Shown: positions 50,986 through 63,673, numbered from the whole stretch's first letter. The stretch: DNA of 63,673 nucleotides, filler included, from Octopus bimaculoides (GCF_001194135.2; 7 parts of 6 records of this genome joined end to end with filler, not necessarily neighbours in it); one strand, 5' to 3'. Program-made: numbers and translations. The notes: generated by a model not told the origin, from the sequence alone.

Positions 50986-51252
50986 AGTAATTTATCGTTT
51001 GTGCATGGCTTTTTCCAAAAAGCAAAACTATTGGTTGACTCACACTACACTGTCAGTCTTATCTTCTACCATTAATCATATTAATCATCTCTCTCTCTCT
51101 CTCTCTTCTCTCTCTCCTCCCTCTCTCTCTTCTCTCTCCCCCTCTCTCTCTCTCTTTCTAAGTAACTCAAACCTTTCACACCACCTACCTCATTCTCTGC
51201 ATGTTAAGAGAAAATACAACAATATTTCAGAGAGAGGGGGAGGGAGGGAGAG

Positions 51253-51335
<83 letters not shown>

Positions 51336-51988
51336 GAATACATATATGTGAGGGTAATCATTTGAATTAACAGTTTATGATATAGACATGCATTGTGAGA
51401 AACATAAAAAACATGTCTGATTCGTCTGACGCCAGGGTGTTAAGTGGCGAAGCAGCTAGAAAATCTAAAGAAAGTCGACTGTCATTGGATGGTATGCTTT
51501 GGTCATACGGTGGGACCAGGAGTTGGCCGATTGTCAGATACGTTGAAGGACAGCTGATTGGAGGTCAACTCTTATGCAATAGATAAAAGATAATAGTTTT
51601 CTGTGTTTCATTTGAAATTCCAGTAAAATTTAAGTAAAAATTATAAAACAATGTTAAAAGGCGGTGCTCCAACATGGCCACAATCAAATGACTGAAACAA
51701 GTAAAAGAGTAACTAATAGCTTAGAATTATCTAATAGCTTAGAATTATCCAGGTTGTTTGGCAAGTCATTTCACCCAGTCCCGAAGCCTCTATCTGGAGG
51801 GGACAGGGAGACAGAGTTTTCTCTGTCCCTGAACGAGAAGAATGTAAGCTAAGTGAATCTACCCATGACAATCAAGTTTAGAGAGGCTTCTGCAGTAAAC
51901 CAGTGCTTAAAAGAAACGGAATCTCCTCAGTAGACAGGCGGATTGCAATTTGGAATTAACAGATGGGTTCCTGAAATAGGGTCTACAT

Positions 51989-52313
51989 CAGTGGTTCTCA
52001 ATCGGTATCCATATAGCCCCTGAGGCTCCATATAAGATTTTATGGGTCCGTGCAACAATATAGTAAACTGGGGATCCACAATAGTATTTTAAGGGCCCCT
52101 GGAAAAATATTTGCTTTAGATGTGTGTATTGGTATGTATTGCAAGAAACAGCTAGGGTCCTTTCTCTAACATTTTACATAGTTCAACCTACACAAGTGAA
52201 TGTGCGAAAAACAAAATAGGAGTTTTCAAAGAAGTTTCTATAAAACTATTTTTAAACACCGAATGGGGTCCACCAAAATAAAATTGTAATCAAATAATGG
52301 TTGAGAACCCCTA
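51989..52313. mobile_element. hAT (Charlie/Buster-type) MITE
   Basis: cagtggttctcaa / ttgagaacccta ends; perfect 8-bp TSD gtctacat (51981-51988 and 52314-52321) with central TA. Confidence 0.9.
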
Positions 52314-52639
52314 GTCTACATACATATAAGCTTTTTTCTGTAATAAAATGCAATATTAGGAGCACAGTTGTCTAGATAGGAGTAACTAACTTTAATATTC
52401 TCTCTCTCAAAATATTCTATTTCCCTCCTTATCTTTCTATTTTCAGTTACAACACCAGCTCCCAGCACAACTACCATGCCAACTACAAAGACTTTCTGTG
52501 AGTTCCTTTTCTTTCCTATTCAACAAAATCTTCTCTCCCTTTATTTTAAATAGTTTCACTTTTAGCCTTTTAGACTGCGACCAACCGAGGCATCTCCTTT
52601 AAGGGGCTTTTCATCTATTACACTTTGTCTGGTACTTAT

Positions 52640-52915
52640 TTGCCTTTCATCCTTTCGGAGTTGATAAATTAAGGACCAGTTGCGTACTAGGGTCGATCTA
52701 ATCGACTGGCCCCCTCCCCCAAAAGATTTCGGGCCTTGTGCCTAGAGTAGAAAAGAATATTGAAGGGAAAGAATCAATTGATTATATCGATCTCAGTAGT
52801 TGATTGGAATTTTATTTATCGACCCTAGAAAAGTTGAAAGAGGGATTAGAACTCGACAACGTTAAAAATCGAAAATACCACAAGGCATTTTGTCTGACGC
52901 TCAAAACAATTCTGG
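52640..52915. mobile_element. Tail-to-tail pair of partial SINE family B copies
   Basis: Plus-strand 3' part at about 52640-52760 and minus-strand part at about 52762-52915. Confidence 0.75.
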
Positions 52916-53203
52916 TAATTCACAATAATAATAATAATTATAATAATTATAATAATTATAATAATAATAATAATGACACTCGTGAATATCGTGAACAAAC
53001 ATTCATATGTTACATACTCATTTGCGTATATGCATATACACAGACAAACGTATACACAGACATACACACGCTCGCATACACACAGTCGCACGCACATATA
53101 CACAGCGTACAAGCTCACACATAGCTACACAAGGTTACATACACACACACACAGGAGTCCATACACAAACGTACTCAAAGCTGATACGCATATGAGGGAC
53201 TTG

Positions 53204-53238
<35 letters not shown>

Positions 53239-53330
53239 TCACACCGTTCCATAAAACAGCCATCACCAACGTTGAACAGCTGCCGATTGTACTAACGCGA
53301 ATGTCTGCATGTCTCTGTTAAATTCTCCAG

Positions 53331-53447
53331 TTGAAATTCACACTTCAGGCAGGATAAGGATCGATGGAGGTCCACTTTTCACAGACGCTGCCTATAGTGG
53401 CACCACCAAATCCTCTCTGTGGAACCAAACTGTCACCACAACGTATA
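53331..53447 (+). CDS. Orphan candidate exon (phase 1 to 1): EIHTSGRIRIDGGPLFTDAAYSGTTKSSLWNQTVTTTY
   Basis: Acceptor ctctgttaaattctccAG, donor ATA|GTGAGT, open frame, non-repetitive sequence. Confidence 0.45.
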
Positions 53448-53789
53448 GTGAGTGTCATTACATTCTTCCTGTTGCTATTTTGGATCATGTTCTTCTTGTT
53501 GCTGTATTTGTTTAGTCCCTCTCCAAGATCAGTTTAGAGCAGGCCGAGTACACCGACAATCAAAGGCAATCCAGCCGTGACCATTTCCTGTTATTCTACG
53601 TCTTTGATTACATTTTGCTAAGAAACATATTTTAGGGAGTAAGATTTTTGGTTTGGAGGGATTCGGGGCTGCAATTTCTAGCAGGTCGAACGACCATACA
53701 GCGTTTCCTCGTAATCTCGATTTTATAGATTCTGGTCAGGGTTGAGCTAACATATATTAGGAATCTCTTCTCTTCTTCTTTCTCCTCTT

Positions 53790-53848
<59 letters not shown>

Positions 53849-53955
53849 CTTCTTTCTTTGTATATTCATCTCACTCTTTCATTCTCTCTCTCCCCCTTTT
53901 TAATAATATATGTGTGTGTATGTACGTATGTATGTATGTATGTATGTACGTATGC

Positions 53956-53986
<31 letters not shown>

Positions 53987-54001
53987 CATGTATGTATGTA
54001 T

Positions 54002-54148
54002 GTGGAGGCGCAATGGCCCAGTGGTTAGGGCAGCGGACTCGCGGTCGTAGGATTGCGGTTTCGATTCCCAGACCGCGAAAACGCGAAAAGTTCCACTAGG
54101 CTCCAGCAAGGGGTGGTGGCGAACCCTGCTGTACTCTTTCACCACAAC
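54002..54148 (+). mobile_element. tRNA-Arg-like SINE (family H)
   Basis: ggcgcaatggcccagtggttagggcagcggactcgcgg...ggtttcgattccc: A box, TCG anticodon-like loop, B box. Confidence 0.8.
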
Positions 54149-54312
54149 NNNNNNNNNNNNNNNNNNNNNNNNNNNNNNNNNNNNNNNNNNNNTTAATTAA
54201 TTAANNNNNNNNNNNNNNNNNNNNNNNNNNNNNNNNNNNNNNNNNNNNCACACATATGCACACACACATATATATACATGCACACATACACACATATGCA
54301 CACACAGAGAGA

Positions 54313-54361
<49 letters not shown>

Positions 54362-54942
54362 ACACACAAGTACCATCTCATGGTTGTCCTTCATTTGTAA
54401 TTCTCTAAATAGAACAGATTTGATTTTCTTCAAGTTGAACTGCTGAAGTGTAATCAAGCCGGACACTTCCAACTCTAATCCATCATCCCCATCTCACCTA
54501 ATGGAATGAAGACAACGACAAAGGCATTCTAATTAAATCAATAAAAAAATAATCAATGATCATTTTGCTTTGTGTTTGTCTCTTTTGTTTTATTTTAATT
54601 TTTTTAACTTCATTTAGAAAATTGAATTGTTTTCCCCGAGATATTGTCTCTCGTGTTTTGCCAAAACTGAGATAACCCTTGAGGTCGGGTCAAAGGTGAA
54701 ACAAAGGACACGAAAGAAAATTGCAAAAAAAAACAAAAAAAGAAAGAAAGAACAATGTGAAATCTTTCTTTGTTTCATATGTCTTCTTATTATCATGTTT
54801 TCAACACTTTTATATGTGTTGCACCTGCCGATGCAACCCTGCACACCTGAAGTGTTTTTGTGTGTCTGTGCATAGGTATGTATGCGTGTATATTTCTTAT
54901 TTATTTACTGCCCACAAGGGGCAAAACACACATATATACATA

Positions 54943-55055
54943 GGCACAGAAGTGGCTGTGTGGTAAGTAGCTTGCTTACCAACCACATGGTTCCGGGTTC
55001 AGTCCTACTGCATGGCATCTTGGGCAAGTGTTTTCTACTGTGGCCTCGGGCTCCA
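54943..55055 (+). mobile_element. SINE family A, 5' part
   Basis: Matches 2602 onward. Confidence 0.85.
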
Positions 55056-55119
55056 ACTCAATGATAAACTCTAACTGTATATACATGATTCAGTAACTAT
55101 AGATTCAGTAACTATAGTA

Positions 55120-55620
55120 GCACATGGTAGTTAAATAGACAGGTAGAAATATCTGACAGTGAGCAAAATCTTGAGAGGAGAATAACAGATGTGTGCTGTG
55201 TGCAAGAAACAAGATGAAGGGAAGCCTCAGTCAGGCACTTCACAAGCAAAAAAGACCAGTACAAATTTTTCTGGATAAGTAATAAGGTTGGTTAAGATGG
55301 ACTTGGTATTTTGGTGGCTGAAAACGGAAGAGATAAAGTAACTGAAGTATCCATAATATGTGACAGGATAATTAAAATTAGACTAGTTGTAGGCAAAGCA
55401 ATGGAGACTATCACCTCTGCTTATGTCCCACAACTGGGGTCTAATGGATAAGCAAAATAATTGTTTCTATGAGGCTCTCTTACATACCACCTCACTAACA
55501 GACAATAGCAATATGATTACCTTGGATAGTGACTTCAAAAGACATGTTGGGCAGCATCATGATAACTACCCTGGAGTACATAGTGATTATAGATGAGATT
55601 CTAGAAATGAGGAAGGGCCA
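55120..55620 (+). mobile_element. RTE LINE endonuclease fossil
   Basis: DVCCVQETR, GLGILVAE, CDRIIKIRL and SAYVPQ remnants, homologous to 34690-35830. Confidence 0.75.
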
Positions 55621-55844
55621 ATGTTTCTGGAATTCTTCTATATAAATAAACTAACCATTTGCAACACAAATTTCAGGAAACCAACCAGCTACTTCACCAC
55701 CTTCCAATCAGGTGAACACAAAATCAAATTTGTAAGTTTCCGTATAGATAAATAAATATCTAATGGAAAACTTTTCCAAGAATTGATTTCTTTATACAGT
55801 TTGAGACTATCATCGTTCCCACAAAAATACACTCTAAGACAATA

Positions 55845-55960
55845 TGCATGTGTGTACGTGTGTGAGTGTGTGTGTGTGTGTGTGCATGCTTGCATGTGAG
55901 CGTGTGTATATGTGTGCATGCATGCATGTATGTATATGCTTGTGCATGCGTGCATGCATT

Positions 55961-55999
<39 letters not shown>

Positions 56000-56485
56000 A
56001 CATGCATGCATGTATGTATGTATGTATGCTTGTTTGTATTTATGTTGTATATGTTTGTATGCATGTATGTTTGTATGATTTATGTATGATATATATCTAT
56101 CTATTCATATTTGAATGTATGTACATATGTATGTATACATGCATGCATGTATGTATGTATTCATGTATGTATGCATGTATGTATGCATGTATGTATGCAT
56201 GTATGTATGTATTCATGTATGCATGTATGTATGTGTGTGTATGTATGTGTATGTATGCACGTTTGTATGTATGTATGTATGTATGCATGTTTGTATGTAT
56301 GTATGTATGTATGCATGTATGTATGTATGTTGTATATGTATGTATATGTTTGTATGTATGTATGTTTGTATGATTTATGTCTGATATATATCTATGTATT
56401 AATGTTTTAATGTATGTACATATGTATGTATGCATGTATGCATGCATGCATGTATGTATGTATGCATGTATGTGTGTGTATGTTT
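55845..56485. repeat. (TATG/TGCA/TG) compound microsatellite
   Basis: Directly visible. Confidence 0.9.
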
Positions 56486-56886
56486 AGAATTGTGCAGCAT
56501 TTATTCTTTGAAAATATTCCTATAAAGAAGGAGCTTGTGGCTAACTAATAAAGCTTCTTTGCTGTAATTTAGATAACAAATATAGTAAAGAATGACAATG
56601 AATTTTAGAAAAGTCTTGCTTATTTTTATTGTTCTACTTGCAAATTAACTTTCAAAATAAGTTAGTTCATATCTTTCTTTGCTGAGGAATGTTCCAGCTT
56701 TTCCAGGCTACCACTTACATTATAAGCTGCATAACTAATGGGTGACAATAATTATATGTGTAAATACTTGGAACTATATCATGTTGAAAATATTAGCTCT
56801 CCTTCGATTGTTGGCATTAAGCAACATTGACCCTAGATGGGTGACTGCTTGAGAAAACTAGGTACTACAAACATCCATTGTTCAGG

Positions 56887-57235
56887 TCCAAGTGTGGCTA
56901 TGTGGTTGAGAAGTTTGCTTCCAAACCATATGGTTTCAGGTTCAATCCCACAGTCTGGCACCATGGACAAGTGTTTTCTACTATTGCATTTTAGAGGGGT
57001 TGACACTTTCAAGCTTCACAATCTCTTTTGTTCAACAGATATTTAGTAGATGTTGTTTGCCAAATGGTTGGCAAGCATTGCTGTGTGGTTAAGAAATTTG
57101 CTTTGCAGCCATCTAGTTTCAAGTTCAGTCCCACAGCATTGCACCTTCGGCAGCTATCTTCTACTTTAGTCCTAGACCACTTAATACCTAGTGAGTGAAT
57201 TTGGTAGTTGAAAATTGTGTGGAAGCTTGTCATAT
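56887..57235 (+). mobile_element. Two degraded SINE family A copies
   Basis: Heads at about 56887 and 57070. Confidence 0.75.
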
Positions 57236-57651
57236 ATATAAATATATATATATATACAAATATACATATCTGCCCGAAGCTCGTCGAAACGCCGGTGTTA
57301 AAACGTGGGTAGCTGATGAAGTAGAATGTTCTCTATGTGGCTCGTGTGTTCTCGTCTACGTTTGTTTGCAATGTCCTGTACCCAGATATGCACCTATACA
57401 TACAGGTGGATGTCGGTATGCACATACCTGTACGTATATATGCATATACTCATTTACTTTTGTTTTTACATGATTGAACGCAGCGTCTCACAAAAATTGT
57501 AAGTAGTTTTCGTAAACTTATCCTCTGACGCTACTCTATCTCTTTCTCTTTNNNNNNNNNNNNNNNNNNNNNNNNNNNNNNNNNNNNNNNNNNNNTTAAT
57601 TAATTAANNNNNNNNNNNNNNNNNNNNNNNNNNNNNNNNNNNNNNNNNNNN

Positions 57652-57689
<38 letters not shown>

Positions 57690-58636
57690 TGTATGTATAT
57701 ATATATGTATGTATGTATTTATCTATCTATCTATTTTTCTATATCTAACTATCTATCTGTCTATCTATGTATCTATATATGTGTATATATATGTACGTGT
57801 GTGTGCGTGTGTGTGTGCCTGTGTGTATGTGTACATACCTACATACATACATACATACATACATACATACATACTTACATATTTGTTTGTGAATGTATAT
57901 GTATGTATATACACATATACACGTTTATGATGACAATGAGTGCGGTGAACGTAACTTGTTTGCTATAAAGCAAACGTTTGAAATCTGCGCTTCACGTGGA
58001 GATTCCAACGTCACCCAAAATTCTTGTGCTGTCATTTTCAACTCATATACGGGCACACTCATAGACACGCGTGCACTCACAAGCATACATCTACATATTC
58101 ACACACACACACACACACATTTGTATGTATATATTCTGTTATTCTCTTATTCTCTGACTTGTTTCAGTCGTCTGACTGCGGCCATGTTGGAGCACCGTGA
58201 AATAAAGTGTCTTGCTCAAGGACAAAGTTCAACGTGGGGAATCGAACTAACAACCTGACGATTGTGATCCGCATATCCCTAACCACTGCATCACGTTCTT
58301 TCGTGATATAGCTCCACCAAGTAGATTATAAATTTTGCTTTCTGCGTAACGGTCGGGTTGAAAATATAGAAAACCTCCAGTTTCCCAATATTATCTTTTA
58401 CACTAATGGAGTCCGTGCGCGTCTATGTTACAGTTTGTCTCAGTGATATAAACATACATCGAGGGCATGATCTCGGAGGTTGACTGATTATTGAGACCTG
58501 TCCTCAAAAGGCAGACAGGCGTAGATTTAAACAGAGGTTTCAGGATTGCTAGTCTATTCGTGTGACTGACATTGTCGAACAGATTTCTCTAATCTCTCTC
58601 TAACCTTGTCTAACAGATTTCTGTAATCTCTCTCTC

Positions 58637-58699
<63 letters not shown>

Positions 58700-59009
58700 T
58701 TCTCTCTCTCTCGATATATATAACATATCGCAGACGGCTACGGGACTCGAACCCGTACCCGTCAGGTACCGGCTGAGTAGTTTACCATTAAAGTAAACGG
58801 CCCACCCACAACAATTACCGTCAAATTAAACGCTAGATAATAATAGCTTTTAGAATTCGACCACATTCCAAAAGCTTATAAGGGTAACAGGCCAAATTGT
58901 TGTGCTGTTTCCCCGACTGTACTGCGTTTGAAACACATTCGGCGCTTCCAAAGTTTGTTTACAAAATATTGTCACATCTGTGTGTGGTGGTGGTGGTGGG
59001 GGGGGGTCT

Positions 59010-59255
59010 TCATCACCTGTACTATAAGGGATGCCGAATGTCGGACCGACCATCGAATGCTCAGATCTCTCCGTCTGGCCATGAGGTCACCGATATGAAA
59101 ATCGCAGCCTTGACATTGCTCAGAAGCATACTCAGCTTCAATTTGCAATTCAAGATCAATTTCCTCCTATCCCAGATATTCCAGTTGCTGACCTCACCCA
59201 AGACGAAGTCAACAACCTGTGGGACTCAACTCTCAATGTTCCACAAGGCACAAAA
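59010..59255 (+). mobile_element. LINE (probably RTE) endonuclease end and linker fragment
   Basis: DAECRTDHRMLRSLRL matches the APE terminal xTDHR motif; the downstream frame reads QLQFAIQDQF...DEVNNLWDS. Confidence 0.6.
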
Positions 59256-59470
59256 GGTAGTGAGCTGGCAGAATCGTTAGCACACCGAGCGAAATGCTAA
59301 GCGGTATTTCGTCTGTCTTACCGTCCTAAGTTCAAATTTCAACGCGGTCGACTTTGCCTTTCATCCTTTCGGGATAGATAAATTAAGTACCAGTTGCGTG
59401 CTAGGGTCGATTTAATCGACTGCTCCCTCCTCAAAAATTTCGGGCCTTGTACTTAGAGTAGGAAAAGAAT
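59253..59470 (+). mobile_element. SINE family B, full length
   Basis: Head, central domain and tail all present. Confidence 0.9.
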
Positions 59471-59907
59471 ATCAACAACGCATCATCTATACACTAAAAC
59501 AAAAGAAACATTACAATGAATTAATATAAATTCTAATGACTTCCCATCGCTCTAAGTGCATTAGCCTGTTACTTTAAGAAACAGTTCGTCTTTGTAACAA
59601 ATGGTCATAACCATTTACATACTTATAGGAAATATATCTTCAGAAGGAGAATCATATAACCTTGATTGAGGTTATTATACTGAAGCTTTAAGAAATAGTG
59701 TTTCAACGAATAAAATAGGTGACCAGTCCCATAATACGAAAGTAACTAAATATAGAGACTGAGGCATTGTTTGTATAAATACCTTCTTCATTTGAAATGA
59801 AAAACAAACGTGAAAGTCTACATTCACAAGATGCAAACTCCTGGGCTACATTGTTGGTGTCCTGCTAAGGTATGCCTGGCCAAACAACTGTTTGAAACAC
59901 AAAAACT

Positions 59908-60340
59908 TATTACTTCCGTCTTAGCGAAGACAGAGGTATTGGTTTCAGTCGTGTCTATTTGTTAGTTTGTATGTTTGTTTGACCGTGGACAAGATATCTC
60001 GACAACCGCTGGATGGATTCGAATGAAACTCTCAGGGATGTTTGGCCTCGTGACTGGAACGAATTGATTAGATTTTTGGATCAATTCGGTACCAGACAAT
60101 GATTCTGGATTATTTTTTCTGTTCTTTTACTTAATTTTTGAGAGAAGTCGGGTTCATTTTTAGCATTCTCGTTTGTTAGAGCAGTCGAGTTTATTTCAGA
60201 TTTCTCATTTTAAAAATCATCTCCGGATAATCGTTGAGAGGACGTTGGTGTTGACTTGGCGGGGATTTGCGCTTTCTGAGTGCTCTTGTTTAAATTGTTT
60301 TTCACTCAAATTGAATTTTATTTTAACTACGAACAATTTG
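59908..60340 (+). mobile_element. Helentron-associated (HINE/DINE-1-like) non-autonomous element
   Basis: ttattacttccgtcttagcgaagacagaggtatt hairpin start, a (GTTT/GTCT)-like tract, then gatatctcgacaaccgctggatggattcgaatgaaact. Confidence 0.65.
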
Positions 60341-60434
60341 ATATTCTCTGTTTCTTTTGTTTCCACCCAGAAGTTGTGGCCATACTGGGGCTAAACGGAC
60401 CCTAAGTAAAGCAAAATAGTTTATATCCTGTATT

Positions 60435-60543
60435 TTACGTGGCACTTAGGGCAAGTGTCTTCTGCTATAGCTTCGGATCGACCAAAGCCTTCTGAGTGGG
60501 TTTGGTAAACAGAAACTGAAAGAAGCCCGTCGTATATATATGT

Positions 60544-60600
<57 letters not shown>

Positions 60601-60920
60601 GTATATGTATATGAGTATNNNNNNNNNNNNNNNNNNNNNNNNNNNNNNNNNNNNNNNNNNNNNNNATATATATATATATATATAAAATGGGGGGTGTATG
60701 TGGGCGTCTTTGTGTCTATATTTATCACCCCACTATCGCTTGACAACCGATGTTGGTGTGTTCACGTCTCCGTAACTTAGCAGTTTGTCAAAAGAGAAAA
60801 CAATAGAATAAGCACTAGGCTTACAAAGAATAAAACCTAGGGTCAATTTCTTCAACTAAAAAAACCCCTTTAAGATGCTGCTCCAGTATGGCTGCAGTCA
60901 AATGACCAAGACAACTGAAA
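60435..60920 (+). mobile_element. SINE family A, 5'-truncated, central microsatellite spanning a gap
   Basis: Body and 3' tail on either side of the gap match the family. Confidence 0.85.
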
Positions 60921-61906
60921 GAACTAAAAGAATATACTGGAAATATTAATCTAGAACATAACGAGGTATTCTTCTACATAGCTTCTTGTTTTATTTCTTT
61001 CTTCTTTCATCGCCGATCGGGTATGACACGAAGCTCGCCATTGTGAGTCATGTTAACGTTTAGAACAAAATGATTTTTGATAAAACACGTCACCAATAAG
61101 GCGGAGATTCCACTAGAGCCAAGAGGCTTACCAGCGACCACGCACAATCCTCATCTACACGGAAAGCAACGACTATCGCTTGTGTTTACATATTCTTATT
61201 CGAATTTAGGTAATCAAGGCTAACATGAGACCAATAACGAAAAAAAAAATGTACCTCACCTTAACAAACAACACCGACAAAAGCACTCACTTACAGGAAA
61301 AGGTAGACATTACCAAAAAAAAAAAATGTGATCTTGGAATTTTCGGTGATATGGGGCGCGAGTTTAGTGTCAATGAATTCCCCATTCGTTTCCTGTATCA
61401 AAAATGGATGGAAATAATTCATTTATCAATATATTTATTTTAACAAAGTCCCGTGATAAACGAGGATTGGAGTATGACTCGTAGCATTATTACTTCATAA
61501 CTGAGGTGACTTCATAATTGAGTAACTCAATATGTTGGACGAATGGACGAATATAACGATAATTCATTGTCTTCAAATCATACAAGTGTACCGAGAAGCG
61601 CAATTACGCATAAATATATGTATGCATATATACGTATATTTAAATATGTATATGTATATATATACACACGCAGGCGAGACAGGGAAAAGTAAATGCATTG
61701 ACATATGCTACGGATATATTCTATAAGACGCAGGAAAAGTAGCTTTGCATATATGTGTGTGTGTGTATGCTTGAGTGTGTGCACACGTGAACGTATGTGC
61801 GTGCGTATATATATACAGGCACATATGTATGCATACAAGCATACACGGACACACAGAAAGTATGTATATCTATCTTTATGTAGGTATGTAAATACATATG
61901 TGTGTT

Positions 61907-61943
<37 letters not shown>

Positions 61944-62189
61944 NNNNNNNNNNNNNNNNNNNNNNNNNNNNNNNNNNNNNNNNNNNNTTAATTAATTAAN
62001 NNNNNNNNNNNNNNNNNNNNNNNNNNNNNNNNNNNNNNNNNNNTGATGACCTCTTTCTAGCATATTGGATGTCCACCTAGTGGTCATCCCTTTATACACG
62101 TGTAATACAATTTTTTCTGAATTTTCAGACTTTTTTATATGCTAGGCCACTTGGTTTTAAATTGAATTAATATTCAATTCATCACTCTA

Positions 62190-62259
<70 letters not shown>

Positions 62260-63500
62260 CTAGCAGTATAACCCGACCTTGTCCGAGTGTGACTTATTAC
62301 GCCATCTACAATAAGTCTTGCTAGGTGAAAATCAACTAAAAAAGAAAGCCTTATAACGAAGAAACCCTTATGATGTAAATATGTTCATAATTGAAATGAC
62401 GATGAAATTAATAGGGAAAGTGTGAAGGCTGTTTTGCGTAACATTATTAAGTGTACGTAAATTTCATCCGTCTAATTGGCTATAGAAATGCTTGTGCAAA
62501 ACAACTTTTTGCTCTGCCTTGATTATGCATAGCAGGGTAATTCCTTTTCGCAGGAGGTATGACGGCAATTTCTGATGAAGCAATTGCTGGTGATCTGTTG
62601 CTACATAGTTCTGCCAGAATTCTATCAGATTGGGCAGTAGATGTTGATGCACCATTTTGCATTATGTTCAAAGTAGCTTCTGGAATGTGTTGAATTGCTG
62701 CAGTCTGTAGCTGTTTTTTTAAACCGGTTGCTTTCTTTCCCCAGCAAGCTGTCTTGTTTGGAGGCATAATCTATGTATATATTAAAGAGAACAACAAAAG
62801 TTATAANNNNNNNNNNTAATCTATGTATATATTAAAGAGAACAACAAAAGTTATAACAGATGGCAGGGTCGGTAGTTTTCACATTTCGGTAATTTTTCAG
62901 ATTAACACTCGCATGATTACGTAACCGTAACCCTAAAACCCTAAACCTGACCCTAAAACCGTAACCGTAACACTAACATTCATCGTAACCCTAACCCTAA
63001 TCGTAACCCTAAAACCCTAACCCTGACCCAAAAACCGTAACCCTAACACCCTAGTGAAAATCGTGCGGGTGTTAATCTGAAAAATTACCCACATTTGTAA
63101 TGAAGTTCACTGATTTGCAATGTGTTGTCCATAAGCTCCGTAGTTTGTATATTTACAAAATATTGACGAACATGAGTTATCTTGTAGTGAATGATTGTGT
63201 GTACGTGCGCGTGTGTGCGTTTAAGAGAGCGAGAGAGAAGAGGGAGAGAGGAAAAGAGAGAGAGAAGGAGAAAGGAATAGAGAACGGGAGCAATGAAGAA
63301 AGAGAAAGAGAGGAAGGGAGAACGGAAGACCCGGTACAGGTAGAAGGGAAGAAATATAAAAGTTGCTTTCTAAATCTCCCTTAAATCACACAAAGTAAAC
63401 GGAATTTTAAAAAATCTAATTACTGCACTGGTAAGTTCACATCGAGAAAATGCCATTGATGTAAAAATTTGATACAGAACTTCAGCATTATATATTAAGA
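62260..63500 (-). mobile_element. Complete non-autonomous Helitron
   Basis: A|TCTTAATATAT... 5' end at 63500 and ...ggacaaggtcgggttatactgCTAG|T 3' end at 62260 with a degraded subterminal hairpin. A sister copy lies at 11094-11450. Confidence 0.75.
62887..63090. mobile_element. MITE with about 31-bp TIRs, 6-bp TSD and a (TAACCC)-like core
   Basis: ggtaatttttcagattaacactcgcatgatt / aatcgtgcgggtgttaatctgaaaaattacc; acattt at 62881-62886 and 63091-63096. Confidence 0.85.
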
Positions 63501-63673
63501 TGGGCAACACACACTAAATAAAAAAGAAATGAGAGGTATTTGTATGTATGTGTGTATTAATGTGCATTCTGTGTGTATATATATATATGGTAGTAAGTAA
63601 ATACGTTTTAAGAAAGATATTCGAAAAATTCAGTTTGTAGGGAATAAATGTTTGACTGTCGATCGTATTTGGA

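Noticed and set aside
58897-59280. 127-aa ORF or apparent exon ending at a GT
   Set aside because: Better explained as a LINE endonuclease end (TDHR motif) cut by a SINE whose first bases supply the GT.
11038-61999. Identical palindrome TTAATTAATTAA recurring six times (11038, 39040, 50343, 54193, 57596, 61988)
   Set aside because: Each copy sits in the middle of an N-run (44 N + 12 nt + 44 N = 100 where I counted) and encodes stops in all six frames. It is a scaffolding linker, not biology. Order and orientation across these joins are inferred.

Overview
This is AT-rich, microsatellite-dense eukaryotic DNA from a gapped assembly. Its SINE, LINE and microsatellite content looks like an octopod (Octopus-like) genome; that is my recognition, not a database result. 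Nearly all ORFs in the supplied track are microsatellite or N-gap artefacts. Supportable content is as follows. (1) A hidden minus-strand multi-exon gene: five exons at 26791-26616, 22242-22214, 19590-19509, 17838-17657 and 14995-14886 chain in phase into about 193 aa of unrecognised protein, inside a CpG-depleted domain (about 11.5-38 kb). (2) A two-LTR CsRn1-clade Gypsy element (27639-32768) with a tRNA-Trp PBS, a CHCC gag knuckle and the RT core deleted. (3) A full-length dead mariner (16231-17574). (4) Helitron, Penelope, RTE, CR1-like and hAT fossils, several MITEs and dozens of tRNA-derived SINE copies. The most notable small features are a minimal Penelope-type hammerhead ribozyme (37031-37076, minus), a MITE with a telomere-like core nested in a non-autonomous Helitron, and a SINE with a 5' inversion in twin-priming geometry. 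I found no evidence of a wholly new multi-gene system, no rRNA, no intact tRNA gene and no CRISPR. All alignments and counts were done by eye, and SINE, LINE and fossil boundaries are approximate.
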